From NCBI RefSeq assembly GCF_028641065.1, contig NC_073408.1, positions 12,524,001 through 12,588,000 of the forward strand: a DNA stretch of 64,000 bases, written 5' to 3'. Positions within the stretch are counted from its first letter, which is position 1. Each line of letters begins with the position of its first letter. The position numbers and the translations under genes are program-made. The DNA comes from Leucoraja erinacea. Its lineage: Eukaryota. Positions 23,178-36,070 of the stretch are shown one piece after another. Below the pieces are notes generated by a model. It ran no database searches. It worked only from the letters and a program-made list of their open reading frames with translations, and was not told the DNA's origin.

Positions 23178-24742
23178 TGTGATGTCGGTGATGTCTTTGT
23201 AATGTATGTAACAGAAACTTGTGCATGAGGAGAGCAAGCCTCAAGCCTCCATGGAAGCGAAGTAGTAGAAGAAGGTTCAAACAGGACAATGGAGCCACTA
23301 CCGGCGTCGAACAAGACCGACGAAACAGGGTGAGCCCGGCCGGAAGGAGTGTCAGCCCGGTCGTGAAATGAGCAGCAACAGCTGAGCCAGCAGCAGTATC
23401 GGAGGTCTGGAGTGGCCAGTGGTGGAGAGAGGTGCAGTCCCGACGCAGGGGAACGGTCCTGAAAAGCAGCGGGACCGGCCCCGAGAAATAAAAAAAGGTC
23501 GGGAGCGGTCCCACAGAGAAACGGAACCGGCACGGAGCATACCAAGCCCCGACAACAGGTGCAGTCCCGACGGGAGAAACAGCGACTGGCATGGCAGCAA
23601 CCAGGTGAGCCCGAGAGCCAACGGTGGGCAGAGAAGCAGGACCTGCAGAGAGATGAAGTCCCAACGGAAGAAGCGAAGACACAGATACAAATGTGAAAAT
23701 TATGTAGATGTGCTGTAAAAACACTGCAAAAGTGATGATGAAATGCTGTAAACATATCAAAATGCTGTATGACATGTTAAAAGAAGAGGGTCTCTCCCTA
23801 ATGGGTTTTGCTTACCTGATAAAAGACTGCATTCGTTACTGTTGTTCTTTTCCACTGATATACACTGCCACTGTGCTGTGAGTTAAAAGACTGCATTCGG
23901 TACTATTGTGATAAAAGGAACATTCTTTCCAGGAGAAAGGGGGAATGGATGTAAGAACAAATGTAAGAATACTATAGAACGGGGTTCTATTAGTTATTAG
24001 TGTACTGTCTGCACAGGTGATTCGGGTATACTAATTAAGGGGCAATCAATGTTTTGTCTTGTTTTCATCAGCTGCATGCAGTTCATTATCTCTTCTCTTC
24101 TCCCTCATCGAGGTGATCAACCAAACTAAGTATGAGTCTGGTTGATGGAATAAAAAGGGGAACCCCGTGTAGCAGTGTGTAAAAAACCCTGGATAGCCGT
24201 GGATGGACCATCAGTAGTCAGACGCCCAGATGGGAGAAACCTGGACAGAGGAGCCCGTCTTCCAGAATCCAGCAGTAGTCTCCCAGAAGGGTCTTTAAGT
24301 AGGAGAAACCTAGTCAGAGGAGCCAGTCTCCCAGGGGTGAGAAATGGCCAGAGGAGCCCGTCTCCTAGATGCCAGAATAAGTCCCCAGAAGCCTAACTAG
24401 ACGAGAGGTGGGAGCCAGTCTCCCAGTCGCAGCAGAAGGCAATTGAGAGAGGCCCTTTGCTAGAGTGTAAGATTAAAGTGGATATCAGGGAAGATGATAA
24501 ACAAAGTGAAAAGGGGAGATGTATGATCAAAGTGAAAAGGGGGAGATGTGATGTCTGTGATGTCTTTGTAATGTATGTAACAGAAACTAGTGCATGAGCC
24601 TCGTGACTGAGGTCGTGACCTTCAAGATAAAAGGCAGTGATTGCAGAATAAACGGGCTCTTGCTCTGGAACACAAACCCGGTGTGGACGTGTCTTTTGTG
24701 CTAGTTACACCGAAGCCTTACCTCAGACAAGAATACCTTACA
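23178..24742 (+). mobile_element. Non-autonomous LTR retroelement (about 196-bp 3' LTR, truncated 5' LTR)
   Basis: tgtgatgtc.gtgatgtctttgtaatgtatgtaacagaaact.gtgcatgag at 23178 and 24547. Polypurine tract aaaagggggaga precedes the 3' LTR, which contains AATAAA and ends ...ttaca. Confidence 0.8.
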
Positions 24743-25618
24743 CATGCTGTATCTCTAAAGTTTAAAGTCTAAAGGTGTGACAGCTTTCTGGCTCAAAATA
24801 TGCAGAAAGTTCTTCCTCTTCTTTTATGTCAGTACAGGTACCTCATTCTCCATCTCATCAGCTCCGAGCCAAACTTCCTCACATTACAGAGATTTATTTC
24901 TGCAGTAAGTCTTGGCAACACATATCTCTTCATAAAATTCCATACACTGTATATAGCTTCCACAATACCACCCCCTACTAATCTTGTTTTGTATATTTTA
25001 AGTTATAAAGTTTTATGTATTTAATTTTCTTGGTAACATTTTATTATGTTTTACACTCAAAGTGAACTAACTGGTTTAAATATTTATCATGAACGATTGA
25101 TGTGAAGCAGCAGTGGAATTTGACCAAGTATTTATACAGTATTAAAGACTGCGTGGCATTGAGTAATAGTTATTTTCTTATATTAACATCAAATGTCTTA
25201 AATATAATGCAAATCAAGAAAATTCAAGTCAGGTGGTTCCTTTAAAAAACGGAATAAGTATCAAAGCAATGGAAATTGGCTAAATGAAGCATTATCTGAC
25301 GATAGCAGTGCATGCAATAAAAAGCTTTTGACTTGTACCTCGGTACATGTCGCAATAATAAACCTAATATCATGAGGCAGAATGGATTAGAAGGTCATGC
25401 TGAATGGGCATGATTGAGATGGGTGACAAAAATGTCATGTGAATCACTGTGGTAGAATTACATAGGATGTACAAGATCTATCAAAAAAACTACCTATCCA
25501 AAACACAAGAGGTCCTTGATATGCTGATTAATAATTTAGTTTAGTTTAGAAATACAACACGGAAACAGGCCCTTCGGCCCACTGAGTCTGCACCGACAAG
25601 CAATCCCTGCACATTAAT

Positions 25619-26373
25619 CCCTCCTTCTTTCACCTCCGCAACATTGCCAAAATCAGACACTCTCTCACACCTCCCGCTGCTGAAAGACTCATCCATGCCT
25701 TCATCTCCTCCCGACTGGACTACTGCAACTCACTTCTCCTTGGCATCAGCTCCACCTACATCAACCGACTCCAACTGGTCCAGAACGCAGCCGGCCGACT
25801 CATCACCCATACCAAATCCTGGCATCACATCACTCCAGTCCTCAAACAACTTCACTGGCTTCCCATCTCCCACCGGATCACCTACACAATCCTGGTCCTC
25901 ACCTACAAAGCCCTCCACCATCTGGCCCCCCCATATCTCACTGACCTCCTCTCCCTCTACCAACCCTCACCGTCCCTCAGATCCACATCAGCCGGTCTCC
26001 TCTCCATCCACAAGACCAACCTCCGCAGTTTTGGGGACAGAGCCTTCTCCAGGGCAGCTCCCAGGCTCTGGAACTCCCTCCCCCAACTGGTCCGCAATTC
26101 CATGTCCCTCACCATCTTCCAGTCCCGCCTCAAGACCCATCTCTTCACCTCTGCCTATCCTTAGCCCCACGTCCCCCTCCCTTTTCATCTGTGCTTGAAT
26201 TGCCTCATATTGTGTTTTGAATTGAATTCTGTCTTTAATTTGTGTACTAGTCATGTCTCTACTATTTATTTCATTCCGCTTACATGTTTTTCCTCTACTT
26301 GCTAAATTTTTGTAAGGTGTCCTTGATACTCTTGAAAGGTGCCCATAAATAAAGTTTATTATTATTATTATTA
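25619..26373 (+). mobile_element. L2-clade LINE 3' end, reading frame still open (25622-26164)
   Basis: FFHLRNIAKIRHSL...LIHAFISSRLDYCNSLL...LQLVQNAAGRL...HITPVLKQLHWLP...GDRAFSRAAPRLWNSLP...LKTHLF*, then aataaa and a (tta)n tail. Inserted in a SINE tail. Confidence 0.92.
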
Positions 26374-26469
26374 TACTATCCTACACACAACTCGGGACAA
26401 TTATATTTATACCAAGTCACTTCACCTACAAACCTACACATCTTTGGAATCATAAAATCTAGGAGCAGA

Positions 26470-26650
26470 TTTAGGAACATAGAAACATTGAAAATAGGTG
26501 CAGGCGTAGGCCATTCGGCCCTTTGAGCCAGCACCGCCATCCAATATGATCATGACTGATTATTCAAAATCAGTACCCCGCTCCTGCTTTTTCCCCATAT
26601 CCCTTGATTCCTTTAGCCCAAAGAACTAAATCTAACCCTCTCTTGAAGAA
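26470..26650 (-). mobile_element. CR1 3' end fragment
   Basis: catagaaacattgaaaataggtgcaggcgtaggccattcggcc...ccatatcccttgattcc. Confidence 0.7.
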
Positions 26651-26684
26651 ACTAGGTCATTCAGCCCATCAAATCTAATCCGCA

Positions 26685-26845
26685 AGTGTGGGAGGAAACC
26701 GAAGATTTCGGAGAAGACCCACGCGGTCACGGGGAGAATATACAAAGTCCATACAGAAAGCACCCGCAGTCTGGATGGAACCCGGGTCTCCGGTGCTGTA
26801 AGCGCTGTAAGGCAGCAAGTCTACCGCTGCCCCACTGTGCTGCCC
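26685..26845 (-). mobile_element. HE1/V-SINE 5' part
   Basis: gtgtgggaggaaaccg...acccacgcggtcacggggagaa...gaacccgggtctc...gtaaggcagc. Confidence 0.75.
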
Positions 26846-28029
26846 AATACTTCTCACATGTAATCAACAATCTAATCTTGTTGTTATCACATTACTTCTT
26901 GTGTGATCGAACTGCATGCAAATTAATTGCTTTATTGTCAACATTACACATTGAAAGTGCTTTATTGGTTATATTGTTGCTTGCGGTGTCCTGAAGAGGA
27001 ACGTTCAGAACATCAACTGAGCCACTGTGGTCCGCAGGCTGCAGAGATCTGGTCAAGTGCTGTATGGCAGCGCACTGGTACACCACTCATACGCCATGCC
27101 TTACGGATTCTCCTCACCCGCCTCCAAAAATATATCGGGTCCAGCTCAATGGGTGTGATTGTCCGAAGTTTAGAGCTCAACCAATCTCCATGAGAAAGAA
27201 AAGGAAACTTACAGGCCAATCAACTTAAATCTTTCAAAGTAACATTGTCATAGGCCCAAACTCAGTTCACTTATCCAGTTTGTTTTTGAGTAAATAAACG
27301 CAGCTGTCAGGTTTGGCTTTTTGGATACATATTCTATCACTGCAGTGAGGAATATGTTTATATTAATTCTAACTAACGTCATTATTAAATACAAGGTGAA
27401 AAAGGGAAACAAATGAAAGAAAGATTGACAATAATGCAATAATGCCCTCCTTTGTTCACGAGTCAAAATCCATAACATTCATAAACATTCTCATAACCTA
27501 CCTTTTAACCACAGTGTATTCTCTGAGTAACTGCAATCTGCATCAGTAGATTCCCAATCAAACCTTTTCCGTAATTGTTACAGCAGTTGTCAGGGAAATG
27601 TCAGTATAGAGCATATATAGAACCCATGGTTTATTTACACTGGGAATAGTCTGGGGCACACGTACACAGAATGATTAGGATCTGGTCACTTATACGACTG
27701 CTGCCATAGCCTTCAAAGGCATTATTATATAACTGAGCCTGCATGAGCCAAAAGAAACCTTATCCAAATGCTTAAGTTAATATTCAGTGTCAAGTTATTA
27801 TTCAGTGAATATTAAAGGAAAAATCGCCTGCAATTCGTCCCAATGGAGAACTTGCTTCAAACAACAATTACAACATCTGCTTCATTTAAAACACATGTGG
27901 AAAAGGGGTAATTTGAAAAGTGATGAATCCAAGTCAATTATGGTGCAAAGTGACAATTCTAAGAAAGATTAATGCAAAAATAATAAATATTGATTTGGAA
28001 TATAAAATATTTGCTACAGAAATACTCAC

Positions 28030-28178
28030 CACTTTCTGATTTGGGTCAGAGTCCTGTAAAAGCCACTCAATATCCAGGTTCTTTGTTACTAAATGACCAA
28101 ACCGATGCTGACATGGTAGCACAACATCCTGCTCCTCAATCCTCTTTATTTCAGTAGCAGTCGAGAAGCAGATACAAC
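28030..28178 (-). CDS. CLMP: CLMP coding exon 2 (end of signal peptide and start of Ig V domain)
   Basis: Acceptor tttctgttgtag|GT, donor GTG|gtgagt; 149 nt, phase 1->0. Translates CICFSTATEIKRIEEQDVVLPCQHRFGHLVTKNLDIEWLLQDSDPNQKV, similar to human CLMP TEIKRVAEEKVTLPCHHQLG...LDIEWLLTDNEGNQKV. Confidence 0.93.
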
Positions 28179-28374
28179 CTACAACAGAAAGAACGCGTAG
28201 AGTAAGTGCAAGGAAGTACAGAGTAACAAAGAGTAACTTGCAAGTGTGATTCTGAAACCTTGCAGACCGCCATGGCTTGCATCGCCATTAACATTCCAAC
28301 TTTAGTTAATCTCACAGGAGCGACAAAATCTCATTTAAATAAATGAAGCTGTCTGAGGTTTATAAACGGGAACA

Positions 28375-28752
28375 GGTAATTTGCCCTGTTCAGTTCAAAC
28401 CATACTTAACATCTGGTGGAGAGACAAAGGAAGCAATGTTGACCTGTGGAAAAGAACAAGCCAGGAACCCATTGACTTCCAAATTCGAAGGAGAAAATGG
28501 AGTTGGATTGGACACACCCTCAGGAAACATCACCCGACACAAACATCACCCGGCAAGCCCCGAAATAGAACCCCCAAGGAAAAAGGAAAAGAGGTCGCCC
28601 AGGAACAGTTGGGGAAGACGTCCAGACAGAAATGTTTGAGAGTGGACTCAACTGGGGAGATCTCGAAAGAGCTGCCAACAACCGAGTGAGGTGGAGGACA
28701 TATGTCAATGGCCAATGCTCCCTAGAGGAGCAAAGAGCTTAAGAAGAAGAAG
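28375..28752 (+). mobile_element. RTE-clade LINE 3' end
   Basis: ILNIWWRDKGSNVDLWKRTSQEPIDFQIRRRKWSWIGHTLRK...PQGKRKRGRPRNSW, ending in a (aag)n tail. Confidence 0.85.
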
Positions 28753-29142
28753 TTCAAACCAACAACTTCCTTCCATATTAGCAAAATACACCCATCTTGA
28801 ACACAACTTCTTTTTGTTGAATTAGTTAACGACCTCTTAATTGTATGCAGTGATATACGATACGATAAGATACGATAGAACCTCATTTATCCCAGGAGGG
28901 AAATAGAAATACAGAAAGGTAATGAAATGTATTAGCAGCAGCAATACGGTTGTGCTCATCTGTCTGTAATCAACAGATGATTCAGATGATGTCCCTACCA
29001 AACACGGAACTGCAGTAACATTTAGACTATTTACACATCTCTGATGGTTTACATTTTTTTACCTGCTGGATATGTAAGGCAAATTGCTTTTCTCTTTTGT
29101 TAGAAATTCACAGATTGTTGTTGGATCCTTACATTTCCCTGA

Positions 29143-29474
29143 TGGGCCTGTCCCACTTACGCAACTTTTTCAGCGACTGCCGGCACCTGTCATAGGTCGT
29201 TGCAGGTCGCCGAAAATTTTCAACATGTTGAAAATTCAGCGGCGACCAGAACAAGATACGACTCTTTGGGCGACTACTCGTGACCATACAGGCTTCACCC
29301 CGCGACATGTCAGTGGGGTGTCACCTGTATGGCCGTGAGTAATCTCCTCAGTCACCCAAAGAGTCGTAGCGTCTTTCTGGTCGCCACTGGATTTTCAACA
29401 TTTCCGGCAACCTGCAACGACCTATGACGGGTGCTGGCAGTCGCTGAAAAAGTCGAGTAAGTGGGACAGGCCCA
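29143..29474. mobile_element. PIF/Harbinger-like palindromic MITE
   Basis: TGGGCCTGTCCCACTTAC...GTAAGTGGGACAGGCCCA with long inverted arms; flanks TGA / TCA. Confidence 0.8.
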
Positions 29475-30599
29475 TCAGGCTCCTGTGAATCAGTTCTATG
29501 AAACCTGTCCTATTATTCCTATCATCCTATTGACTATTACCCGTTACTTTTACATCCTTTGTATCATAAATGGACATGTGTATCCATACCCGAGTCTTCA
29601 ACAAATTCATTAAAATGACTTTGTTATAATACTCAATGATTCAAAAATAATTTGAGCAATGTTTAAAGCAACACTATTGATTCCCATACCAGTGACGTTG
29701 GCTCAGGGTAAGAAGTGGGAGGAGTTATTACCTGGTGATGATTTATACATTGATTACAATAAGCTGCATATTCTTGTGTAGTGATTTAGTTTATATCACT
29801 AAATGTTTTGATATTCATGTTTATTCCTCTTACTTTTTTTTAAAGTTTCATTAATGAACGCATTGAAACTATTTTATAAAGCACTTTTAGAACCATGCCA
29901 GAGGTTTTTGTACTGCAGCCAGAAGTGCAGCATGATGCAACTGGTTTGGCGCAACTTTATCCATATCAATTTAAGCAAGATGACCCATCCACCTAACATT
30001 AGTTTGAAGCCTGGATTTCATTTGTTTGCTGTTTGGCTGCTCTACTCCTCTCTATTGAGTGTCATGTCTCATCTGCACTTTTTATGCGCTGACAATTGTC
30101 ATGTCTCTGCAACACCTCAACTGATTACAGTTCAACATTACAGAAACTATAGCAGCATACAAATAACATGAGCAAAACAATCTTCAAATCACTTTACATG
30201 GATGGGCAAAGCAAATAGTATTTCTGTGATTTAAAGCATAATCAGTAAAAAATGTTGGTGCCCTATTTAGAGCTGGGAAATTAGTTCTTCATTCACTTGA
30301 ACCATTCCTAACAGCTCCTGCACTGATTATTATAATTGTTGTTAAAAAATTGGTCTTCTTATTGCCAATGTATTTGTCCACCTAATTCAATGATAAATGT
30401 TCTGACAAATTTGTATCATTATGTAACATGGATGAGACTCTGAATCATTTACAGATCCACAGGGCATATCGCAAGTCTCACTGTCTAAGGATCTAAAACA
30501 TTCTTGGAGGGAACCCTCAGGTATGTCCCAGAGCCGACGCTTTGATTCCATGATGCTCGTCATCACTACGTCCACATCTAAAAAAATGATGCTTCCTCA

Positions 30600-31060
30600 C
30601 TGCTGAAATTCTCATCCTTACCTTTGCTTCCCCTAATGCTATTCTGATTAATATCTCAATGCCCTTGGTGATCTGCATGGTCTCCAAGTCCACCAACTGC
30701 ACAGATGTAAAGATTTTACTCTCTTAGTCCAGTCCTTTATACTTTCATCATAATTTCCCCACCATAAAGCCTGTAAACCAATCCAGAAATTTAATTCTTC
30801 CAAAGCTAGCTTCTTGCATGGCCACCTGGCTCTGCAAGCTCCCACAACACAGACTATCTTTGGCAACTGTGCATTCAGCCACATATATCTTATGCTCATG
30901 AATTCACTTCTTGAACCACCTATCCTCTCTTCGAAATCTCTTCAGAACTCATCTCTATCGTTGACTCCACACCTTCTTCTTTGGCTCTGCTGTTATTTTT
31001 TTCTGATTACCCTTTTGAGAACTGCATAGGGACATTTTCCTACATCAAATACATTTATCA
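30600..31060 (+). mobile_element. Ancient L2-like 3' relic
   Basis: Highly decayed ...tttggcaactgtgcattcagcc...gaattcactt...tctggctctgc.. tail resembling L2 ends. Confidence 0.35.
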
Positions 31061-33619
31061 TATTCCCCAGCAATAAACATGGCCATGGGAGAGAAAACCC
31101 CTTACCACTTACTTACCACATTACACTGCCTTTGTAAATTGCGCGTGTCTAAGCTTCCCCCCAGTCTAGTTTCAGTAAAAACACTGAATCAGAACTGCAA
31201 CATTATTTACAATTATTTACAAGGTGTCTGTCTGGTTTGCAGCCATCCAATCCATTCTATGCATTTTGCACCTAATTGACAGGGTCTGCAGATGGTCTTT
31301 TTCTTTGCTTGTTCTTATTCTTTGCTTGCAAATTGTATCCAGGAACACACTGGCACCACTCCGCAGCTTGTCCCAGCTCTGCAGAAAGCAATTCCAAATT
31401 GACCAAATCTCCCAGCAGCCTCTGAAGGTTTTACCCCATTTTGAAGTTCTAGCCTCTCCAATTTAGCCAGGACTAACATTTTCTAGCTTAATAAATGAAG
31501 TCAGAAACTTCACCACCTGGACAATAAAACATCCAGAACTGGTCATAATTTTAGACTTCTCAACAAATGTCAGCAAAAGTATGCAGGCATAAAACTTCTT
31601 GACAAGACACTGGCTGTGTTTAAAGATGGAATAATAGTTTGTCTCACTGTGCCAGCTGGACTATTCAGTTAGCAAAGAAACCAACATCATTAACTTCTCA
31701 TGCACTGTGGTACATCTTGTGAAGACTTCTTGTTCAAACAAAACCAAATGGCACCTTTGCAATTGCAGATCTTCAATTAATATATTTTTATTTATGATGG
31801 ACCATGTATAGCAAAAAATGTACAAAATAGTGAATAAATGATAAAGGCATCCCACAATTTGCTTCAAATGTTGTTTTAAAGGTTCATGATTTATGATTCA
31901 ATGTAAATTCTAAAAATATAATAAATTCTGACATATTCAAAATTAGTAATGGAATGCAAAGTGTACAGATTTAAATTACATTTTAATAATATCATACTCA
32001 GTATTAATGGTGTGGTAAGGTAAAAGGAACATAAATTTAGGAAAGCATAAACCATTATCATGATATTAATTTTAATTTAGTGAACCATTAGATCTATTCC
32101 CATACACTACAGTATTAATTTTAAACAATTTACTTCTGATGAGCAGCAAGACTTAATAATGTATTTCAATTTTATGTTGTTACTTTTTAATTAATATTTT
32201 GATTATAATTGCTATTACTTTAGAATGAACAAGGCTCACACATAACAACTATATTTTGATCTATTGGTTGGTTTATAATAGCATATATTTATATAATGCA
32301 TTTCATGCCTCAAAATGTCCCATAATGACAGTATGCAGCCAGATTTTGCACTGAGCCACATTGGGATATATTGTGAATGAGCTTGAAGGGTAAAGAGGCA
32401 GAGAAGTTCATGAAGGGAATTCCTAAGCCCGAGGTTAGGGCCTGGGAAGCTGAAGTCATGGTACTAGTTGTGGGGAGATTTAAACTGTGAGCTGGGAAGA
32501 AAGCAGACCTGCTGCAGCAAAGTTTTTGAACTGTTCTAACACTGGAGGAGACGACAGAAATGGAAAATACATGAATCATGAAGGGTTTGAAATCATGATA
32601 CCAAGTTTAAAATCAATCTTAGCCAGAATTCAGTGCTAGTCGGCAAGTGTTTGAGTTCGAGATGAACAGGACTTCTTGTGAGTTAATACACTCCCGCTGA
32701 GGATTGGATGAATTTAGGTGACAGAGTTGAATGAAGGAGACTGGTGATGAAAGTCCAGGTGCCATCAAGACTACTGGTAACAAGTATGAGCAAAGCCAGG
32801 GTTGATAGCCCAAAGTTGGCTTACGAGGGCGTGGTGGACATGGGCAAACTTAGTGATGGAGCAATTTTATGACCTGAAGTTCACCTAAGGTTTCAGAACA
32901 TAGATCAGTCTAGCACAGGAGCAGGTAACTTGGCCTACAATGTTTGTGCAGACCATCATAAGTTTACACGTTCATAAGTGATAGGACTAGAATTTGGGCC
33001 ATTCAGCCCATTGAGTCCACTCTGCCATTCAATCATGGCTGATCTATCTCTCCCTCCTAACCCCATTCCCCTGCCTTCTCCCCATGACCTCCTACAACCG
33101 TACTAATCAAGACGCTAAATTAAGATGCTAATTTAAACGGCATTTTCTGCCTGCTCATGATCTACATCTCAGAATTCCTTGCCTGTTCATGTATCTGTCT
33201 AAAATCCTTTAAAAACATTGCTATCATAATGGGTTTCACCGCACCCCATGCCAGCATGTTCCAGGCACCCACCTGGAACACTCTCTGTCTAAAATTCTTG
33301 CTATATTAATCTCCTTTAAACTTCCTCTTTCACCTCAAAGTTATGACCCTGCCCATGTCTCTCATAGATGTAAATACTTATACAAGAACGCCCCTCAGCT
33401 TCTGGTCCGCCAGAGAAAACAAGTTTGTCCAACTGCTCCAAATACTCTATAATCTAGGCAACATCTTAATAAATCTCTTATGCACCTTTTCCCAATCTCC
33501 ACATTCTTTATGTGATGCTGCAATTAGAACTGCACACAACATTCCAAGTATGAACTAACCAAAGGTTTATATAGCTGTGACATGTTTTCCCAACTTTAAT
33601 AGTCAATACCCCAACCGAT

Positions 33620-33790
33620 AGGGCAGCACAGTGACGCAGCAGTAGAGTTGCTGCCTTACAGCACCAGAGACTGGGGTTCGATCCTGACTGTGGGTGCTGC
33701 CTGTATGGAGTTTGTAGGTGACCGCATTGGTTTTCTCCGGTTGCTCCAGTTTCCTCCCACACCTCAAAAATGTACAGGGTTTTAATTGGT
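33620..33790 (+). mobile_element. HE1/V-SINE 5' part nested in minus-strand CR1 debris (about 32895-34540)
   Basis: gggcagcacagtgacgcagcagtagagttgctgccttacagcaccagaga...ggttcgatcc. Confidence 0.75.
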
Positions 33791-33854
33791 TTTACTCTGT
33801 ACACATCTATGAGATCACTCCTTATCCTCCTGTACTCTAAGGAATAAAGTCTTA

Positions 33855-34410
33855 AACCTCTGTCCCACTTTCACGACCTAATTGGCGACCTCTGCCGAGT
33901 TTGCCCTTGACTCATGCTCGCAGCATGGTCGCCACAAGGTCGTAGGAGGTCGTAGGAGGTCTTCGTAACTCTTCCTCACGCTCGTGAGTGGTCTCCGCCT
34001 ACTCGTGGCCTCAAGTAGGTCGTGGCGTTTTTTCCAGCCTGATAAAAAATGTCCACGAGTTAAAAAAAGGTCAGCGTGGGAAAAATTGATACTTTTATTC
34101 GTAGGTAGTTCGTAGGTAAGTTGTAGTAGGTCGTGATGGTAGTCGTAGGTGGTCGTAGGTCGGTAACTGGCCTAAGAGAAAAAATGCAAACATGACATAA
34201 TTTTATCATGTGATCATTTTCCACTCGTAGCTGGTCTTAGGTGTGGAAGACTATCGAAGGGGGGAGGGGTCGTAGGAGGTCATAGACATCGTCGTAGGAG
34301 GTCGTAGGAGGTCTTTTACTTCGATGAGTGAACATGACCTTGACATTTTTTTCAACTTGTCTAGGGTGTTCTAAACTCGTGGATTAGGTCGTCCAAGTGG
34401 GACAGGCCCT
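33855..34410. mobile_element. PIF/Harbinger-like MITE with TTA target duplication and internal ggtcgtagga repeats
   Basis: TTA|aacctcTGTCCCACTT...AAGTGGGACAggccct|TTA; subterminal acgacctaat / attaggtcgt. Confidence 0.8.
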
Positions 34411-35606
34411 TTATTAATCTGCTCAACCTCTGTCTTTAGTTCAGGCCCTCAAATCTTGGCAACATTCTCGTAAATCTTCTCTGCACTCTTTCCAACTTAA
34501 TAACATCCTTCCTAAAGAAGGATGATCAAAACGGAACCATTTCCATGTTGTATCTTTCAAACCATTCTTGATTAGAACCACCTAGCAGGGACCCACTTGA
34601 CACAAGTGGTCTGGAAATTGATTATTGTATTTACACAGATAACAATTGTTTCCTCAATGTAAACACATTTGTTAGAAGGAACGTCAGACATGGCCTGGGC
34701 TGACCTCACAAGTACGCAGATTGGAAATAAGTAGATAATGAGAACTGAGTTTGATGCATTTTGGAAATACTGTAACAATAACGAGGGGAAAAGAACAGAA
34801 AATTCCGGATATGCAAGTTAGGCAACTTTTCAAACAGAGAAACAACTTAAATATTTTAGGTCTAAAATCCTTCAGCAGAACTGGAAAGATTTGGAATGTA
34901 GGCTGTTTTAAACATGTAGAGAAGCAGGGAAAAGGGGGAATGGAGTAAAAAAAACACAATAAGGTAAATCCACAATAGGATGGAGGCAGGAAGATAGAAC
35001 ATAGAACAGTACAGCACAGGAACAAGCCCTTCGGCCCACAATATTTGAGCTGAACATCACTGCCTACATGTAATCCAAATCCCTCCATTTCCTGCTTCTT
35101 AAATGCCTCTTGTATAAGGAAAGAATTATTAACAAAAAGAGAGGTTGGTATAATGCAAAGTGAACGATATTGTTGCCAGTAAAAGTTGGACCCATACAAA
35201 CTACATGGGAAAAACAGTTATTACCAAGTTCAAATGTGATAAGATGGAGGTGGACATGATCCAAAATTACTGAAGCCATTATTGAGGCTGGAAAGGTGTT
35301 AATTGAAATAGTGGAAATATTCTTACACATTTAAAAACAGAATGGCAAGCAAAAGGACCAGCCATTTGTGCAGATGGCCGATCATGGATAAAGTGATATA
35401 AAGGCCAGGGAGAATTTTTAGTTTTATATCTAGAACATAGAATACTAAGGAAAGAGACAAGGTTAAATTCACACCAAAAAAAAACCATATTGAGGCCACA
35501 GGAAGTGTATTCTATACAGTTTGGGGCACTGCAATGTCAGATAGGTGTACAAGCAGTAAATAAAAAGATGAAGCCCAAATTGTATAAGGAATGACAGATT
35601 GAAATT

Positions 35607-35702
35607 CAAAGAAAGACACAAAATGCTGGGGCAACTCAGAGGGTCAGGCAGCATCCCTGGAGAATGTAGATATGTAACGTTTTGGGTCACAATCCTTTTT
35701 CA
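35607..35702 (-). mobile_element. Penelope-derived short insert with 14-bp TSD
   Basis: gacagattgaaatt at 35593-35606 and 35703-35716. Confidence 0.75.
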
Positions 35703-35774
35703 GACAGATTGAAATTGCTAGGCCATCTAACCTCTCTCTTTTTTTAGTCTTCCATTCACAAAGCAATTTATTTT

Positions 35775-36070
35775 AATTTAGTTTAGAGATACAATGTGGA
35801 AACAGTCCCTTCGGCCCACCGGGTCCATGCTGACCAGCGATCCCCCCACACACTAATGCTATCCTACACACATTAGGGATAATTTACAAATATACTGAGC
35901 CAATTAACCTACAAACCTGTACGTCTTTGGTGGGAGGGAACCGGAGCACCTGGAGAAAACCCACACAGGTCATGGGGAGAACGAACACAGACAGCACCCG
36001 TAGTCAGGATCGAATCCGGATCCCTGGCACTGTAAGGCAGCAACTCTACCGCTGCACGACAGTGCCGCCC
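35775..36070 (-). mobile_element. HE1/V-SINE, near full length
   Basis: ttagtttagagatac...ggagggaaccggagcacctggagaaaacccac...gtaaggcagcaactctaccgctgc...gtgccgccc. Confidence 0.8.

Noticed and set aside
23119-23775. 218-aa and 205-aa minus-strand ORFs
   Set aside because: Antisense shadows of a purine-rich LTR-element interior; no recognisable domain.
25644-26198. 184-aa Ser/Pro-rich ORF
   Set aside because: Alternative frame of the L2 ORF2 fragment.
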